DNA of 64,000 nt from Lama guanicoe. Taxonomy: Eukaryota. The notes below the pieces were generated by a model. It was given only the letters and a program-made list of their open reading frames with translations, was not told where the DNA came from and searched no databases. Position 1 is the first letter of the stretch. The number at the start of each line of letters is the position of its first letter. Positions 1-11,729 of the stretch are shown here, in pieces. The stretch covers positions 954,833 through 1,018,832 of the forward strand of contig MU053376.1 of assembly GCA_013239625.1 (NCBI GenBank). The letters are read 5' to 3'. A program made the position numbers and the translations under genes.

Positions 1-2790
1 AGTCACACAGCCTGTCAGTGACAGTCTGGGCTAGCGCTCCTCTCCCACCTTCCTGTTCCAGGCTCTTTGTCCAGAGGAAGGGGACAGTGCTGAATGGCTA
101 CAACCCGGTTTAAAAAGTGGGCTATGAAAATTCTGCTTCAAAGGCTCAGGTGGGTGACGGTGGGGTGATGGGCACGGCTGGGTCCCAGCCCAAGGCGCAG
201 ACAGACTGCAGGAGCCCCAGTCTTGCTTTGCCTTCCAAGCCCAGCTTCTGTGGGGACCCCAATGTGCAGTGCTGGCTTGAAGCCCCCCGCTCCCCTTACC
301 CTTGCTCCAAGAAAAGAGGCCAAAGCCAGGACGAGGATTCCCCAAATCCAGGCGGCAGAGGCGGCACAACCAGGAAATCCCAAAGCCGATGTTGTGACAG
401 GTGGCCCTTCACAGGCAGGAGCAGCGGGCCAGGCGTCTTAGAGGGGACAGGCCCTCGGAGCCTGGTTTCTGTCGTTTACAGTTAGAGCTCTATTTTGTTA
501 TGGTTTTTAAATTTTTTAAGTCCTGCTCTGTTTTCCTGGGCAGGTTTATGTTGACGTTCACCCACTGCAATTTTTTAAAAACGTAAGCTCACACCCCTTC
601 TCCCCGCCACCACTGTACCCACCAGCCAGCCCCTGGCCCAGGACTGCCTCCCTGGAGTCATCTGATCAAACCCGCCTCACCTGCTCCCGCCCTTCACCCC
701 CCATGCAAGGTGCTGGGGGCTCAGCGAAGGGACCATTCTCCCATGACAGGGACCCCAGACTCGGCCCAGCGTCCACCTGTTCCCCCGTGGCTGTGATTTG
801 GCCTGAACCAGCTCTATCAGAAAGAGGATGCTGAGAGGAGGAAACCTGCCCCCTAGGTTTAGCTGGTTCTTTCCTTGCTGCCTTGGGCTGCCGTGGGGGA
901 AGCAAAGAGACAGGTGTCTAGACGCTGGGCCAAGACAGAGGAGCTGGTTTGGCACAGGACGTCACCAGGGCGGCTGGAGGCCGCAGTCCCTAAGCTTGCT
1001 TGAAGCAGGAGATACAATGACCAAGAGTCTTAGTTCTAAGGAGGCAGACACTCCCTCTGGGAAACCCAGGAAGGGTTTTTAACTAGGAAAACTCAGCCTC
1101 AGGAAAACCTAAGCACTGTGCGGGCAGAGCTATTTTGGGAGACACAGAACTGTACGAAAAGGGATGTTCCTGCCGCCTGAGACTTCAGGTAGAGTACAGA
1201 TTAAGATTTAATAGGACAGCAGGTAACTTGAGGACGTGCAGGCACATAAAATGGAACAGCCTCTCGTTGAGGTGGGTCTACAGGCGTTCGCGTGGAGGCA
1301 GAGGACGAGGTTAGACAGCTTCTCAGAATCCCTTCCTGCCCAGCAGGCCTCTGATTTTCACCTTCTCTGCTCGCCTGGGCTGAGGCTGGCTCCTGCTGGG
1401 GTCACGACTCGACTCTGGATCTCTCCTCTCCCACACACCAAGCCCCAGACGAGGCAACCAAGAGGAAATAGCCACAAACAAGTGCTTCACGCCACGGCTT
1501 AGTGGCCAGTAAGTGCCTGAGGTCCAGGGACAGAGACGGCCTGCAGACAGCATTTCAGGGCCCAGGAGACGGTCTCTCCTGTCTGCGTGTGCTGGGCCGT
1601 CTGCCCCTGGCTACTCGGTCCTCGTCGCTCTCAGTGTCAATGTATACCTCACCCCCAGGGGGAGGGCAGCTCTCAGGGCCCAGCAAGGTCAGGTTACCTA
1701 CTTTCATTCAGGGCATCAAATGATACAGGGGGTGCCAGGAAACAGGAGGGCCATGGAAATGGAGAGTTCTTTTTCTTTTGATGAAATGACAGGAGAGATT
1801 GAGGGTGGGTGTCTCTGCAAGGAGACCCTGGAATGAGTATTTAGGGGATTCTTCCTTTCAAGGGAACTTTGAGGAACTTTGATAGCTGTTGGTCTGAGGT
1901 CTAGGCTAGGGACACTTACAGTGAGACACTGAGATTCGTGGAATCAGAAGGCGTTCAGCACAGGAAGAGTCTTGGAGCTCCCGTCCGCTGTGGCCCCTGC
2001 AGCGTGGGGCGGCGACTGCAGTCACACAGTCCCTTAAGGGGAAGGCTCACCCCAAGGACTCTTTTCTGCCTCTTGGCACTTCCAGGAGCCCATCCAGTCT
2101 ACCCTGGACAAGAGACCGAGCTGGCTCTGAGAATTTTCTACTCTCTTCATCTCTTCCCCAGCTGGAGGACTCTCTTTGCTCTTCCTGGTCTCAGAATGTG
2201 ATAGCCAGCTGGGCCCTCTGCATGGGAAGGACAGCAGTAGCCTCACACCTGGGTTTGAGGCACAGGTGTGGTGCCCTGTCTCCCTGGCTCAGCACCTAAC
2301 CTGGGCTTCGTCCTGGAGATGAGCAAGGCTGCCAGAGAGGCTCCTGGAGTGGCACGCGGGGTGAGATGGGCATTTTTAAGAGGCCTCAAAGAGCTCCATG
2401 GAAAGAGGTGCCTGGTAGCTGTATGTATATATACGTATACACTCATAGGCTTTGGGAGGGCAGGACAATAAAGGGAAACTGGAGAGGAAAAAAAGGGGTT
2501 GGATGGCCTTTCCCAGAGCCCTAGGAAGCCTCGTGGCCTCAGGTGGGGTGCACCTGCCTTGGCCCCCAGACTCCACCTGACCCACCCCCTCCAGGGCCTG
2601 CATAGCTTAGTGAAGTTCCCGGCGGGGCAAGGGTAAGGCTTCGCTGGACCACTGACATAACTCAGTTTTTGTTACAACGGACCCGCTCCCGTTGGCCTAT
2701 TGTCTCTCGTATACTTCTTGTAATGGTAGTTATTTATTGACTCTGGTAGCGGGCAGTTCTTAAATAAAGACGGTTTCTCAACCTGCCGAG
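1..2790 (+). other. CNTN2: Probable distal 3' UTR of contactin-2; no coding sequence in the window
   Basis: Repeat-poor sequence ending in TTATTTATT (2730-2738), AATAAA (2763-2768) and a downstream GT-rich tract. Gene identity is inferred only from the known mammalian order CNTN2-TMEM81-RBBP5-DSTYK. Confidence 0.65.
2763..2768 (+). terminator. Polyadenylation signal AATAAA (probable CNTN2 3' end)
   Basis: Canonical hexamer followed about 40 nt later by GU-rich 'gctgttggtgtgttt'. Confidence 0.6.
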
Positions 2791-3099
2791 GCAGCTGGCA
2801 CCAGCTGTTGGTGTGTTTATCCTCAGACGAAAGCATATCTCCTCATCCTGTTCTCCAATCTTAGGCTTTTATCCAGTATCTTCACCCTTCACAAGGGAGT
2901 CCCAGCGCACGGTCTATATTGCTTCATTCAGCCCTGGGAGGGGGGAATAATTAGGCCAAGCGACTCTAAGGCTGGCCTCGGCAGAGCACGGCAGCCATCC
3001 TGTGAGCCCGGCCGGCTTCACCTACCACGATGGGCAGTGGACGGTGCCCGTGTGGTGGCACTGCCTCAAGCTTCCCTGATTTTTAAGACATTTGGGGCA

Positions 3100-3301
3100 C
3101 AGGTTTCCCCGGCTACCTTGAAAGTAGACCGTTCCTATGAAATCTTTTGTAAGCTGAAATGGTGTAAAGCAAAGAAGCAATTAACTTTTTCCATAAAATC
3201 AAACATTCTCTTCAGATTTCTTTCAGTTAGTGGAGACAGGCGCTAATGCAAGTTTCTCGGAAAAGCAAAGTATCGAACTTACGAAAAGCAGGGGATACCT
3301 G
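3100..3301. mobile_element. TcMar/Tigger-like non-autonomous DNA transposon (MITE)
   Basis: Terminal inverted repeats CAGGTTTCCCCGGCT ... AGCAGGGGATACCTG around about 200 bp. Family assignment is from recalled resemblance. Confidence 0.6.
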
Positions 3302-5540
3302 TGTTGACCCAGCAGTATCAAGGGGAAGTCTTCTCCCTGCAGACATAGTGACTCCTACCTGGTGGGAAGTGCCTCCAGTCTCTGCTCACAGCAGCCAAAA
3401 GAATTTGAATTTCTAGTCACATTTTCTAGCTGCAACACTCATGCATTCGATAAACATTTATCACGACTTCTGTTACACCTGAGATGCTCACAGTGATAAC
3501 ACGCATGCAGTGCTGTTAAGTGTTCAGTTCTCTCGGTGCAAAGCAGGTAGGGCTCCGTGCTGACTGAGCCCGACGGCCTTTCTCAGGGAAGAGGGCAAGC
3601 GAAGCCAGGGCGAGCAGCGATCCCTCTGCGTGGCGCTTAGCTGTGTGCCCAGGGTCTGTTTAGAAGCCCGGGGTGACAGCCAGCCCCCACATCGCCTCAT
3701 CCCTCCTACTTAGCACCCAAAGAGCGGCTGGGAGCACCGACCACTCCGCAGCTCAGATTCTACTCCAGGCCGCATCTCCTTGACCCTCTAGAGGCAGATC
3801 GCATGCGCAGAATTCAAAGAACCAAATTGGGCTTTGGTCTTCACGAACACATCTGAGGGTGTCTGTTCTCTTCCCTGTTTGATTCCCCTTGCATCTTCAG
3901 AGTCAAAATTCAAGAACGCAAGCACAGAGGGCTGTAAACCTAGACCTGTGCACTATTCCATCCCATGCTCGATGACTGGCTTGCAGCAGAATGCTGGACA
4001 AGTTATTTAGTTCTTCTTGGGTCTCAGTCTCTCCATCTGAAAAATGGGAAACACTGTACCCCTCCATCCATCTCCCTCCTCAGCAATGTAATACTGAGTT
4101 CATTATATACAAAGATATCAACGTTTTACAGTCTTCTTTCAAGACAGAGCAAGCTGTCCCCTGACTGCTGCAGCAAGTTGTCCAGGCCTGAAATAACGCG
4201 CTTCATCAGTGACTTTCCCCAACTCACACCTGGTCCTTCACAGCTTACACAGCAGCGTGACTCACAGACCTCATTTAGTTCCCACAATCGCGCATTTCAA
4301 AGATAAGGACTACAGAATGTCAGCTTGCTCCGTTACAGTCAATAGTAGGAACAGGACCAGAGCCCAAATCGTCTGAACAACATCCCACGTGAGGTAGAGA
4401 GAATGAGTGAAAGGGTGTATGGAAAATTTAAGATCTTTTCAAAATAAGAGCAATAGTTAAAGACTCCCTAAACATGAGTCTAGGTCAGTGGTTCTCAACC
4501 TTCACTATATATCAGAATTATCTATAAAACTTCTAAAAACAAAGATGCTTGTGAACTCATGATTTAAATACACCTAGGACACTCAGCAGGCTCAGAAGCA
4601 CTGACGCCCCAGAGGCAATGAGCACATCCAGCACCCAGACCTTGGTTTCTAAATGCCACTCCCTACACTAAAAGGAACCAGAGTTCCTTGAAGACACACA
4701 GTCCCTTTGAGAATCTCCCTGGGAGATTCAGGTTTGGAGAAAGGTTCAAATGTGCATCTGAAGCATCTTGCTATATAGCAAGGACATGCTCAGAGTCAAA
4801 TGGGACCAAACCAAAAGGACAAAGAGCTGGCCTGCAGGGACTCCTGGGCCACAATCTGAACAATTTGAACATCAAAAATATGACAACAATAATTATATAT
4901 AATTCACTGAATAAAGAAGAATCCACTGAAACCTCAAAAATAAATAAAAAAGAATAGTGCTTTACAGAAAAATGAAGGCTAATAGAGCAAATGATGAATT
5001 TAAAGACTCCATCCTTTTGCAATCGCCAACATGTAATAATAAGGCAAAGATCATGAGTGCATTCTAAAATGCTTGTAAGTGTTCTTGAGAAAACCAGATA
5101 ATCACAAAGCATCACCCACCCCACAGATTAATTACAAAAGGAAAACACACAGGAACATCACTGGACAGATCTGCCAGTCACCACCTTAACCAAATGATCA
5201 AGCTTTTAACATCAGTAATGGGCCACCCTGACATCAGGTGCCTCTTGAGGTGATGCGGCAAGTTCACAAGGTCATTTACGTGGGGCTCTTGTCAAATATT
5301 TCTAAGGTTCATTCCTCAGGAATCAGATCACGAGGAACTAACTGTGGGACACTGTGCAAGACAAATGGTCTAGCTAGACTCTTCAATAAAATGTCATAAA
5401 AAATAATGCAGGGGATCTGTTATAAAATAGGACTTAAGAGAAATAAACAAATGTAACATGCGAACCTTCATTTGATCCTGGATCAAAAATTAAGTTTAAA
5501 AGCTGTAAGATTTTATTCCTTTATTTACTTTAACAAAATA

Positions 5541-5612
5541 ACCCAGGACTGAACCCAGGACGTCATGCATGCAAAGCATGTACTCTATCACTGAGCTATA
5601 CCCACCTCCCCC
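5541..5612 (-). mobile_element. tRNA-Ala-derived SINE (Vic-1-like), degraded
   Basis: Reverse complement reads GGTATAGCTCAGTGATAGAG...CCTGGGTTCAGTCC (Pol III A and B boxes). Confidence 0.8.
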
Positions 5613-5936
5613 AAAAGCTTTAAGATTTTTAGAAGTCGGGAGAAACGAAATACCGATTATACCTAAGATTAGGGAACTGTTAATTTTCTTAGTGTGATGA
5701 GGTCATTGCAGTTATACAGGTGAAGGTCCTTATCAGGAGACACATACCTGATTTAGGAGTAAAAGGTCACAACGTCTATGACTAGCTTTCAAGTGGTTCA
5801 TGTAAAGTCAGTGTTTATTTCAAGAGGAAGATAATTGTAGCAGAACTTTTGCAACTGGTCGATTTAGTTAAAGGGTCTATGGGTGTCATCAAACCTTTCA
5901 ACTTTTCTATGGGTTTGAAGTTTTTTTTTTAATTTA

Positions 5937-6075
5937 GGGGAAGGGCATATAGCTCAGTGGTAGACCGTATGCTTAGCATGCATGAGGTCCTGGGTTCAAT
6001 TCCCAGTCCCTCCATTAAAATAAATAAGTAAGTAAATAAATAAATAAATAAATAAATTAATTAATTAATTAATTT
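5937..6075 (+). mobile_element. tRNA-Ala-derived SINE (Vic-1-like) with (TAAA)n/(TTAA)n tail
   Basis: TAGCTCAGTGG A box, GGTTCAATTCC B box, AT-rich tail. Confidence 0.85.
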
Positions 6076-6921
6076 AAAAAACTCCCCTCAACAAAAAATA
6101 TTTACAGTAAAAGAAATAAGAGAGATTGACTGGCTATAATTTAAACTGAATTAACATCCTCAGGGTTGGGGCTCAAGGATCTTATTTTTCAAAAGCTCAC
6201 CTGGGTGATTCAGACACAGCCAGAGAAGGCAACCAGTGGTGCAAGTCTTATTTCTGCTACCTCCTCTGTAGCGAGAGAAAAGTGAGAGAAAGAAACATAA
6301 ATCTCTCAATAGAATTAGCTCAGCTGGTGGCCCAAGAGAGGTTTCCCGGATGCTTCCACAAGCCAAGTCAATTATCTCAGACACAGTCTGAATGGCCTCT
6401 GAGGGTCTTACGATTGGATTTCCTGTTGAGGAAGGAAGGTACGAGTTCTCCCTTAGGGGGCCTTGGCTGCTGTAAGAAACCAATACACTTGACCTTTCCA
6501 GCAACGTAAGCTTCAGGGCACTGAAAGAGCTAGAAGGACAGGGGCGGGGAGCAAGCCAAGGAACTGCTCAGGGGAAACCTACCAGATGAAGAATCCAGTG
6601 TTTTGCCAGGAATTCAATTTGTGAGCACAGAGGCTTCACCTGGGAGGGATAAGGGGTGGCGGCGGGGGGTGGGAGGGGCACATAATTCATTAACATTTAC
6701 TGTCTCCTACATACCTGAGTCAGATGTCATTACCAGCAACCTCAACTCTGCCACAAATGGGCATATGCCCCCTACAAAGCAATTCGTTCAATGTCTATTA
6801 CAAAAACTCTGGTGTGAGTTTATCCTAAAACCAGACTGATTATGCGACAACTTAAACAAATACAAGAAATTTTAAACTACAGAGCAGAAAAGGTTAGCTC
6901 TCTATACAGCTGTGAATTATT

Positions 6922-6927
6922 TTTATT
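6922..6927 (-). terminator. Probable TMEM81 polyadenylation signal
   Basis: TTTATT on + (AATAAA on -), about 355 nt past the TMEM81 stop. Confidence 0.6.
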
Positions 6928-7282
6928 GAAGAAGAAAAAGTATGTTTTCACTAGAAAAGCTATATCCTTCTACATGATTTTACTGCTGAGAAGGGAAATC
7001 AAGGCAGGGAGGCATGCAAGTTGTAAAGGGTCGACAACGAATGCAAACTCGGAAGACAGAGCTCTTCCCGGAGCAGGGAGATGCCTGCAGTCAGGTTTCC
7101 TGGGTGCCTAGCGCACAGGGAAGATCTGGAGAGACCCACCTGGGACATAAAGACAGAGACTACTGCCCATAGCTACTACCATGATGTGGCCCCTCTGTGC
7201 ATCCCCTACTCACTCCTTGGGTAGCGGCAGCCCTCCCTCTTAGCTAACGCGCAGTCAGGCGGCCAAAACACTCCCGGGAAAG

Positions 7283-8113
7283 CTAGTTTGGCTTCCTGAG
7301 CAGCCAGCCCTTCGGGAGCAAGGTGTATAAGGTCTTCAGGCTGGCACTGCTGTTAATCACCCTCAGCCCGCTGCACAGTGCGACGATCACCAACACGCCG
7401 CCAGTCACGCCACTGGCAATTCCTACTCCCAAGGCTACCGCCACCTTCTTTTTCCACGGTGGGCGCTGAGGCTGGGTATCGTTGTCCAGATTCACTTCCA
7501 GGCCCTCATCTACTAACTTCTGATCCTCAGTGAGGGACTGATGGAAATTCAGGTTCACCAAGTTACGGGGAAGGACCCTCAGCCCAAAATAGAGCCTCTT
7601 GACAAGTCTCAAGTTTTTTAACAGCTGCACATCACACCGGTAGGTCCCAGAGTCGTACTCCTGAGGGGACCGAAACTTTATAAAGTAGGAACTGGCTCGG
7701 AAGGGTTTGAAGACTTCGTCATCAGTTGAAATGATACCCCGAGCAAGTTTCCAGGTGAATCGGAAAGCTTCCTGCCCAACCTCCAGGATGTCTGAGCTCA
7801 GACAGCTCAGCTTAAACTCCTTCCCTGTGAGGATGGTGAAGTGGAGCATTCCACAGATCCAGTTGGTCAGACACTCCAAGCGCTGAGACTTACACTTCCT
7901 TCTCACGCCATCAGGGCCCACCTCACAGGCGGTCTCCTCCTTATAGCCAAGGCCACAGGTGACAGAGCAGGTTGTGGTGTTGACAATGACTCTCCCCACG
8001 GCTTCTTGCAGTTTCTCGGGGATGGCCAGTGTTTTAGGTAAAGCTACCACCAAAGGCAGAAGGAAAGCCAACACCAGGCTCCCAAGGACGAAACTTGTGG
8101 CCAATGTCTTCAT
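7283..8113 (-). CDS. TMEM81: Transmembrane protein 81: single coding exon, 276 aa, type I membrane protein with an Ig-like domain; sperm fertilization factor
   Basis: Signal peptide [17 protein letters not shown]..., [15 protein letters not shown] motif, Ig motif DSGTYRCDV, and TM helix [23 protein letters not shown]. Closely matches the recalled mammalian TMEM81 sequence and lies next to RBBP5. Confidence 0.97.
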   Translation of the reverse strand: MKTLATSFVLGSLVLAFLLPLVVALPKTLAIPEKLQEAVGRVIVNTTTCSVTCGLGYKEETACEVGPDGVRRKCKSQRLECLTNWICGMLHFTILTGKEFKLSCLSSDILEVGQEAFRFTWKLARGIISTDDEVFKPFRASSYFIKFRSPQEYDSGTYRCDVQLLKNLRLVKRLYFGLRVLPRNLVNLNFHQSLTEDQKLVDEGLEVNLDNDTQPQRPPWKKKVAVALGVGIASGVTGGVLVIVALCSGLRVINSSASLKTLYTLLPKGWLLRKPN

Positions 8114-9057
8114 GTCTTAGCAGGCATTTCACCACCCTCAGTCAACACCCAAGGTATTCCAGCTTCATCCTCTATGACATAACTTAACTCCTTCGACATG
8201 AGACAGCCCTCAAAGTCAAAAGATAAACGATGCATGCATTGTCAATAAATATAACTTAAGACAAGTCTAGTCCTTAGTAACAGGTGAGGCCATGAGGCAG
8301 AAAGAGAAGTCACAACGTTGCTGCTTTCCTCTCTCTGCTTGTTAATGACCCCCTTACCGGTCTTCATTCTTCTCACATCCTTTTAATGAATTTAGGTCCA
8401 CTTCTTGGGAAGACAAAGATGAAAAGACTTCAAAAGCTGAAGTGAATTTACACATTACCTCGAATGCATAGTGAAGCTCTGCTCTTCCTCACCCTTTCCC
8501 TTCCCCTCCAGATTCTGGGATCGGAATTCAAAGGTTTCAAAATGTCAGTTAAATCCGACCAAATAAGAAATCAAAGACCAAGTATATATAAAAAAAAAGA
8601 GGGGATTAACTTGAATTATTATTTACTTTAAATGCTCTTAAACCTTCTACAAAAAGGATTAAGAATGCTGAACTGAGAGGCAAGTGACTTACCCTTCCTG
8701 AATTTCTATTTCCTCCTTTGCAAATTAAGGCCCCCTTGCCTATTTCAGGAAGGTCACTTTGAGCATCAAATGATAAACTGTACATGGAAACACTTTGTAC
8801 AGTGTGAAGCACTGTTCACGTGTAAGGAATTTTAAACAGAAATGAAAATTCATGAAGACAAGGGCCAACAAGCCTGTTAGAACCTGAATGCTCAGCAGCA
8901 AGACAGGCAGCTCCACTCCCACCTCTAGGCAGTCTTCCTTCCCAAGGGTACCGAACATATATTCTGGGGGAGAGGACACATAATTCTCTCTGCCTCCCAG
9001 CCCAGTCCCTTCACCCCGCAGAACAGGAGAAGCAGCTCATCATTCACTTGGGTCAAG

Positions 9058-9083
9058 GTTGCTATGAAACAGCTATGACGTCA
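9058..9083. promoter_or_regulatory. RFX X-box-like site (GTTGCTATGAAAC, 9058-9070) next to a perfect CRE (TGACGTCA, 9076-9083)
   Basis: Both motifs read directly from the sequence, about 950 bp upstream of the TMEM81 ATG. Function is inferred. Confidence 0.5.
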
Positions 9084-9649
9084 AAAAGCTTCTCAGTCAC
9101 AAAACTGAGAAAAGGTTAGTAAGGAGACATTCAGATTTAGCAATGATTAAAATCAAAGACTTAAACAGACTTTATGAAACATCTTACTCTCCAGGAGACA
9201 ATGAATATTCAACAGATTTCAAAGCTATTTAATCTAGAGGGAAAAGGACTAATACAGAGAAATGTAACCATACTTACACTTTAAGAAAGATCCTTGGAAG
9301 GCTGGAACCTCCTTGCATTCATTTTTGTAAGCTCCAGAATATCTCCTAGCCCTGGGGCCTCTACAGAGCAGTTACATACACTTACAAGTGAGTTACAAGG
9401 GAGATAAGGAATTTGAAGAGGTCATTCCCAGATGATGTTTGATTTAACACTTTTTGCTTGAATTGTTTATTTATCATCTTGTCTAGAGGCAGACATCTGG
9501 ACTACCTGACCACCCCTCACCCCTCCCAGCTCTGTATTTCCACAGGGAAGATCTAACATCAAAAAAGAAGCTGCATTTTACGTCATACAAAGCGAAGTGG
9601 CTGGTGAATTTCAGAAGTGATCCGTGTCCACAAACACACACCTACACCT

Positions 9650-11700
9650 GTTCCTTAATAAACATCGAATTTTATTTACAAAGCATTAAAGCTTCAGCAA
9701 GAAGTATCCAAGGCTAAGTCTCATCTCGTACAAAACTACAGAACATTAAAAAACAAAACGGTGGTGGTGGTGGGGGGGAGACAACAGGCAAGAAGAGGAT
9801 ATGCGTATATTGTACAAACTGAGAAAAGCAAACTGAACTGGACAGAAGGTTTTAGGAGCTGAAAAAAATTCCAAAAATATAAATAATTATTAGGAGCCGC
9901 TGCCAGAGACACTCTGACTGGGCTGAATATCTTCTCAGTAGCCAGTTTAGGAGGCAGACAGAGCATGAACATCCAAATGCATAGGCAGAGGACACCCAGC
10001 TACTTTGCACGGGGAAATAAGGCAGAAACCTCTTTATTACACAGTTTGCATACTATTGCCGTGTAAAGTACAGAAACGAAATGGAAATAATGTCATGTCT
10101 GCAAAACAAAAAACATGTCCAGTGACCCACCTACTAATCTCAACCCCTGGTCTGATCCGAAAAGCGGAAATGAAATTCACAAAATGAGCATCTGAGAAGG
10201 CGTGGCATCTAAAAATATAGACATTTGCCACTGACCCAGGAAGAGTTCTTACTTTAACTACTGAACGTTTTGGTTCTAAAGAGGGAATGGAAGAGGCCCT
10301 TGCTGACATGTTCTACTTTGATTTCTATGCTAAAATCCAAAAGGTAGGCGACCTGTCTGGCTACCTACAGGAGCAGCCAGCAACTGACAGAGACTTCCCA
10401 GTAAGCACAGTGCTTAACTCTCCTTTGAAGATACTGTGAAAATGATCCTGATTCAGCACTCCCAGCCAGCTAAGAGCTCCACTCAGAGAGCCTGGTGAGC
10501 CCTCTCCACACCTGGCTTCTTCACTCTGGATTTTCAGAGAATTTCAAACACCTAATGTACACATCCATCCAATCTCCTACTTTTTATATAAAGAACAGCA
10601 AAAGCAACAAGTAAAAATTAAAAAAAAATTTTTTTTAAAAAGCTAAGCAACCTTTCACAGAAAGGAAGTGACTGGAAACACGGAGGAAGGGAAAGGATCG
10701 TGGATACAGGAGGGGAAATGCGATGACTGATGAGAAACACAGAGATCCACGAGCAATGATAAAAAAAGAAGTTTTCTTGATTTTTGATTTGAACTGTGTT
10801 GTTGCCGCTTTGATTCTAGACGGTTTTATTTTAGTCCTTGCATAGATTTCCCCCACCCCGATAAAAAAGAAGCCTGCTGAGAGACACCTTGGTCTGGTTC
10901 CATCGCTGGAAGCCAGTACAGGTAAAGCAGCATAAACTGCTGATGATTCTTTGCTGGAGACAATGCAACCAGCTGTCTTCAAAAGTCATGCTTAATGAGA
11001 GTGAACCAATCCTGGAGGGAAACGTGATGAAAAGAAAATAGAGAAAAACCTGACCCTCTTACAGCCCAGCTTCTTGAGCAAAATGCTACAGTATGTTAAA
11101 GAGAGGGGGGCCTTTCTTATCTTTCTTACGTTTCAGAAAAATCTGAAATTCTTCAAGCACTTTCTTTTTTGCCCATCCTTCGTGACACAATATAGAAACA
11201 CAGGAGGTATCTGGTGAGAGGGTGAGTTTAAAAACGGAAGGAAGAATGTGCAACAGAAGTTTTTCTAGGTTACAGGCAGCAAAATTTCAGATAAGAACAG
11301 GTCACTCAAGGACATGCACTGAGGAGGGCAGGCCAGTGGGAGACCGGAAATGACAGGCCGAAATGATGCTGGGCGCAGCAAAGACAGACAAGCAGAACAG
11401 GAATCTCTTCTCCAGCAACACGACAAGCATCAAAGTTTAAATGAGTCAAAACTCCTGTTTGATGTCTTCACAAATCCTCATTCCTGAGAGCCTATTTGGA
11501 CTTATGCTTGAAAGGGAAGGGACGTATACTCTTCTTCCATAATTCACTTCTTCATTCAAACATAAAATTCACTCCTTCCACCTCCTGGGTGGAAGACAGA
11601 GGCCTTTGTTTTAAATTAAAGTCAATCTCAAATGACTGACCACAGTGTCCAGAGGCCACATGATGGCAAAGGAGGGAAGAACGAAGAACTTCCAGGGTCT
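9650..11700 (-). other. RBBP5: RBBP5 3' UTR; probable PAS AATAAA at 9671-9676, overlapped by a Pumilio-type TGTAAATA
   Basis: Follows the stop at 11701 and is free of recognisable repeats. The exact cleavage site is uncertain, with other PAS candidates at ~9466 and ~9228. Confidence 0.6.
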
Positions 11701-11729
11701 TCATAACAGTTCTGAGATTGCTCCCCCTG
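11701..11729 (-). CDS. RBBP5: RBBP5 coding exon 14 (AGGAISELL*)
   Basis: Acceptor tctctttag|CAGGGGGAGCAATC...TTATGA. Confidence 0.95.

Larger units (their letters stand above)
4486..6238. mobile_element. MER5-like hAT MITE split by an old L1 3' fragment (~4560-5920) that itself carries SINEs
   Basis: Left end CAGTGGTTCTCAACC at 4486. A MER5-like right half (~6160-6238) ends AACCAGTG. The sequence between them resembles an old L1M 3' UTR. Confidence 0.5.

Noticed and set aside
31..2603. Many overlapping 60-120 aa ORFs
   Set aside because: Expected in GC-rich UTR sequence; no recognisable domains or consistent splice structure.
6642..6678. G-quadruplex-capable G-run cluster downstream of TMEM81
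   Set aside because: A common motif with nothing in the sequence to support a function.
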